From Hydrolagus colliei (Eukaryota), in NCBI GenBank assembly GCA_035084275.1, contig CM068745.1, forward strand, positions 11,532,001 to 11,596,000: a stretch of 64,000 nucleotides of DNA, read 5' to 3'. The position numbers and the translations under genes are program-made. The notes below the pieces were generated by a model. That model had not been told where the DNA came from. It did not search any database and was given only the letters and a program-made list of their open reading frames with translations. Shown here piece by piece: positions 63,818-64,000 of the stretch. Position 1 is the stretch's first letter, and every line of letters begins with the position of its first letter.

Positions 63818-64000
63818 TTTTCTGATGCTTGGTCCAGTCAGGACCATCCTATCAATTAGGGCTTTGACTTGCAGGCTAATAGGAATCGTATAAAAAACAA
63901 CAAATTGGTCATTTCAATCCACGACTATTTGTGGGACATTGCTGTGTGCAATTCGCTGCTGCGTTTCTGCTACAAATATACAGTCAATCCACTTTAAATT
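63818..64000 (+). mobile_element. Unidentified repeat module (copy 4 of 4) fused to the SINE 3' module; runs off the window edge
   Basis: Reverse complement of 41120-41290 with the same junction aggaatcgtat.aaaacaa.aaattggtc. Confidence 0.75.

Overview
Eukaryotic, AT-rich, non-coding vertebrate DNA. The repeat content (CR1 and L2 LINEs, tRNA-headed CORE-type and Deu-type SINEs with L2-like tails) points to a cartilaginous fish, plausibly a chimaera or shark; this is inference. I found no convincing host-gene exon, rRNA, true tRNA or CRISPR array. All long ORFs are retrotransposon ORF2 pieces: a frameshifted, nearly complete CR1 ORF2 (~5.9-8.8 kb), a 5'-truncated CR1 with an open RT frame (28.1-29.7 kb) and many L2 3' fragments. 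Other content: roughly 40 SINE copies or fragments, a MER6/Tigger-like MITE (16412-17041), a 14 x 25-bp G-rich minisatellite inside an L2 3' UTR, and several repeat-free blocks that may be conserved non-coding elements. The most interesting signals are (i) a repeat module I could not identify, present four times and fused twice to the SINE 3' tail, (ii) recurrent fold-back or templated-insertion scars inside dead repeats, (iii) an apparent excess of TACAGTA/TACTGTA (Tc1/mariner excision-footprint motif), and (iv) many ~65-bp L2 'tail-only' insertions with a covarying hairpin. I see no support for a new protein-coding system. Repeat boundaries were read by eye and are approximate.
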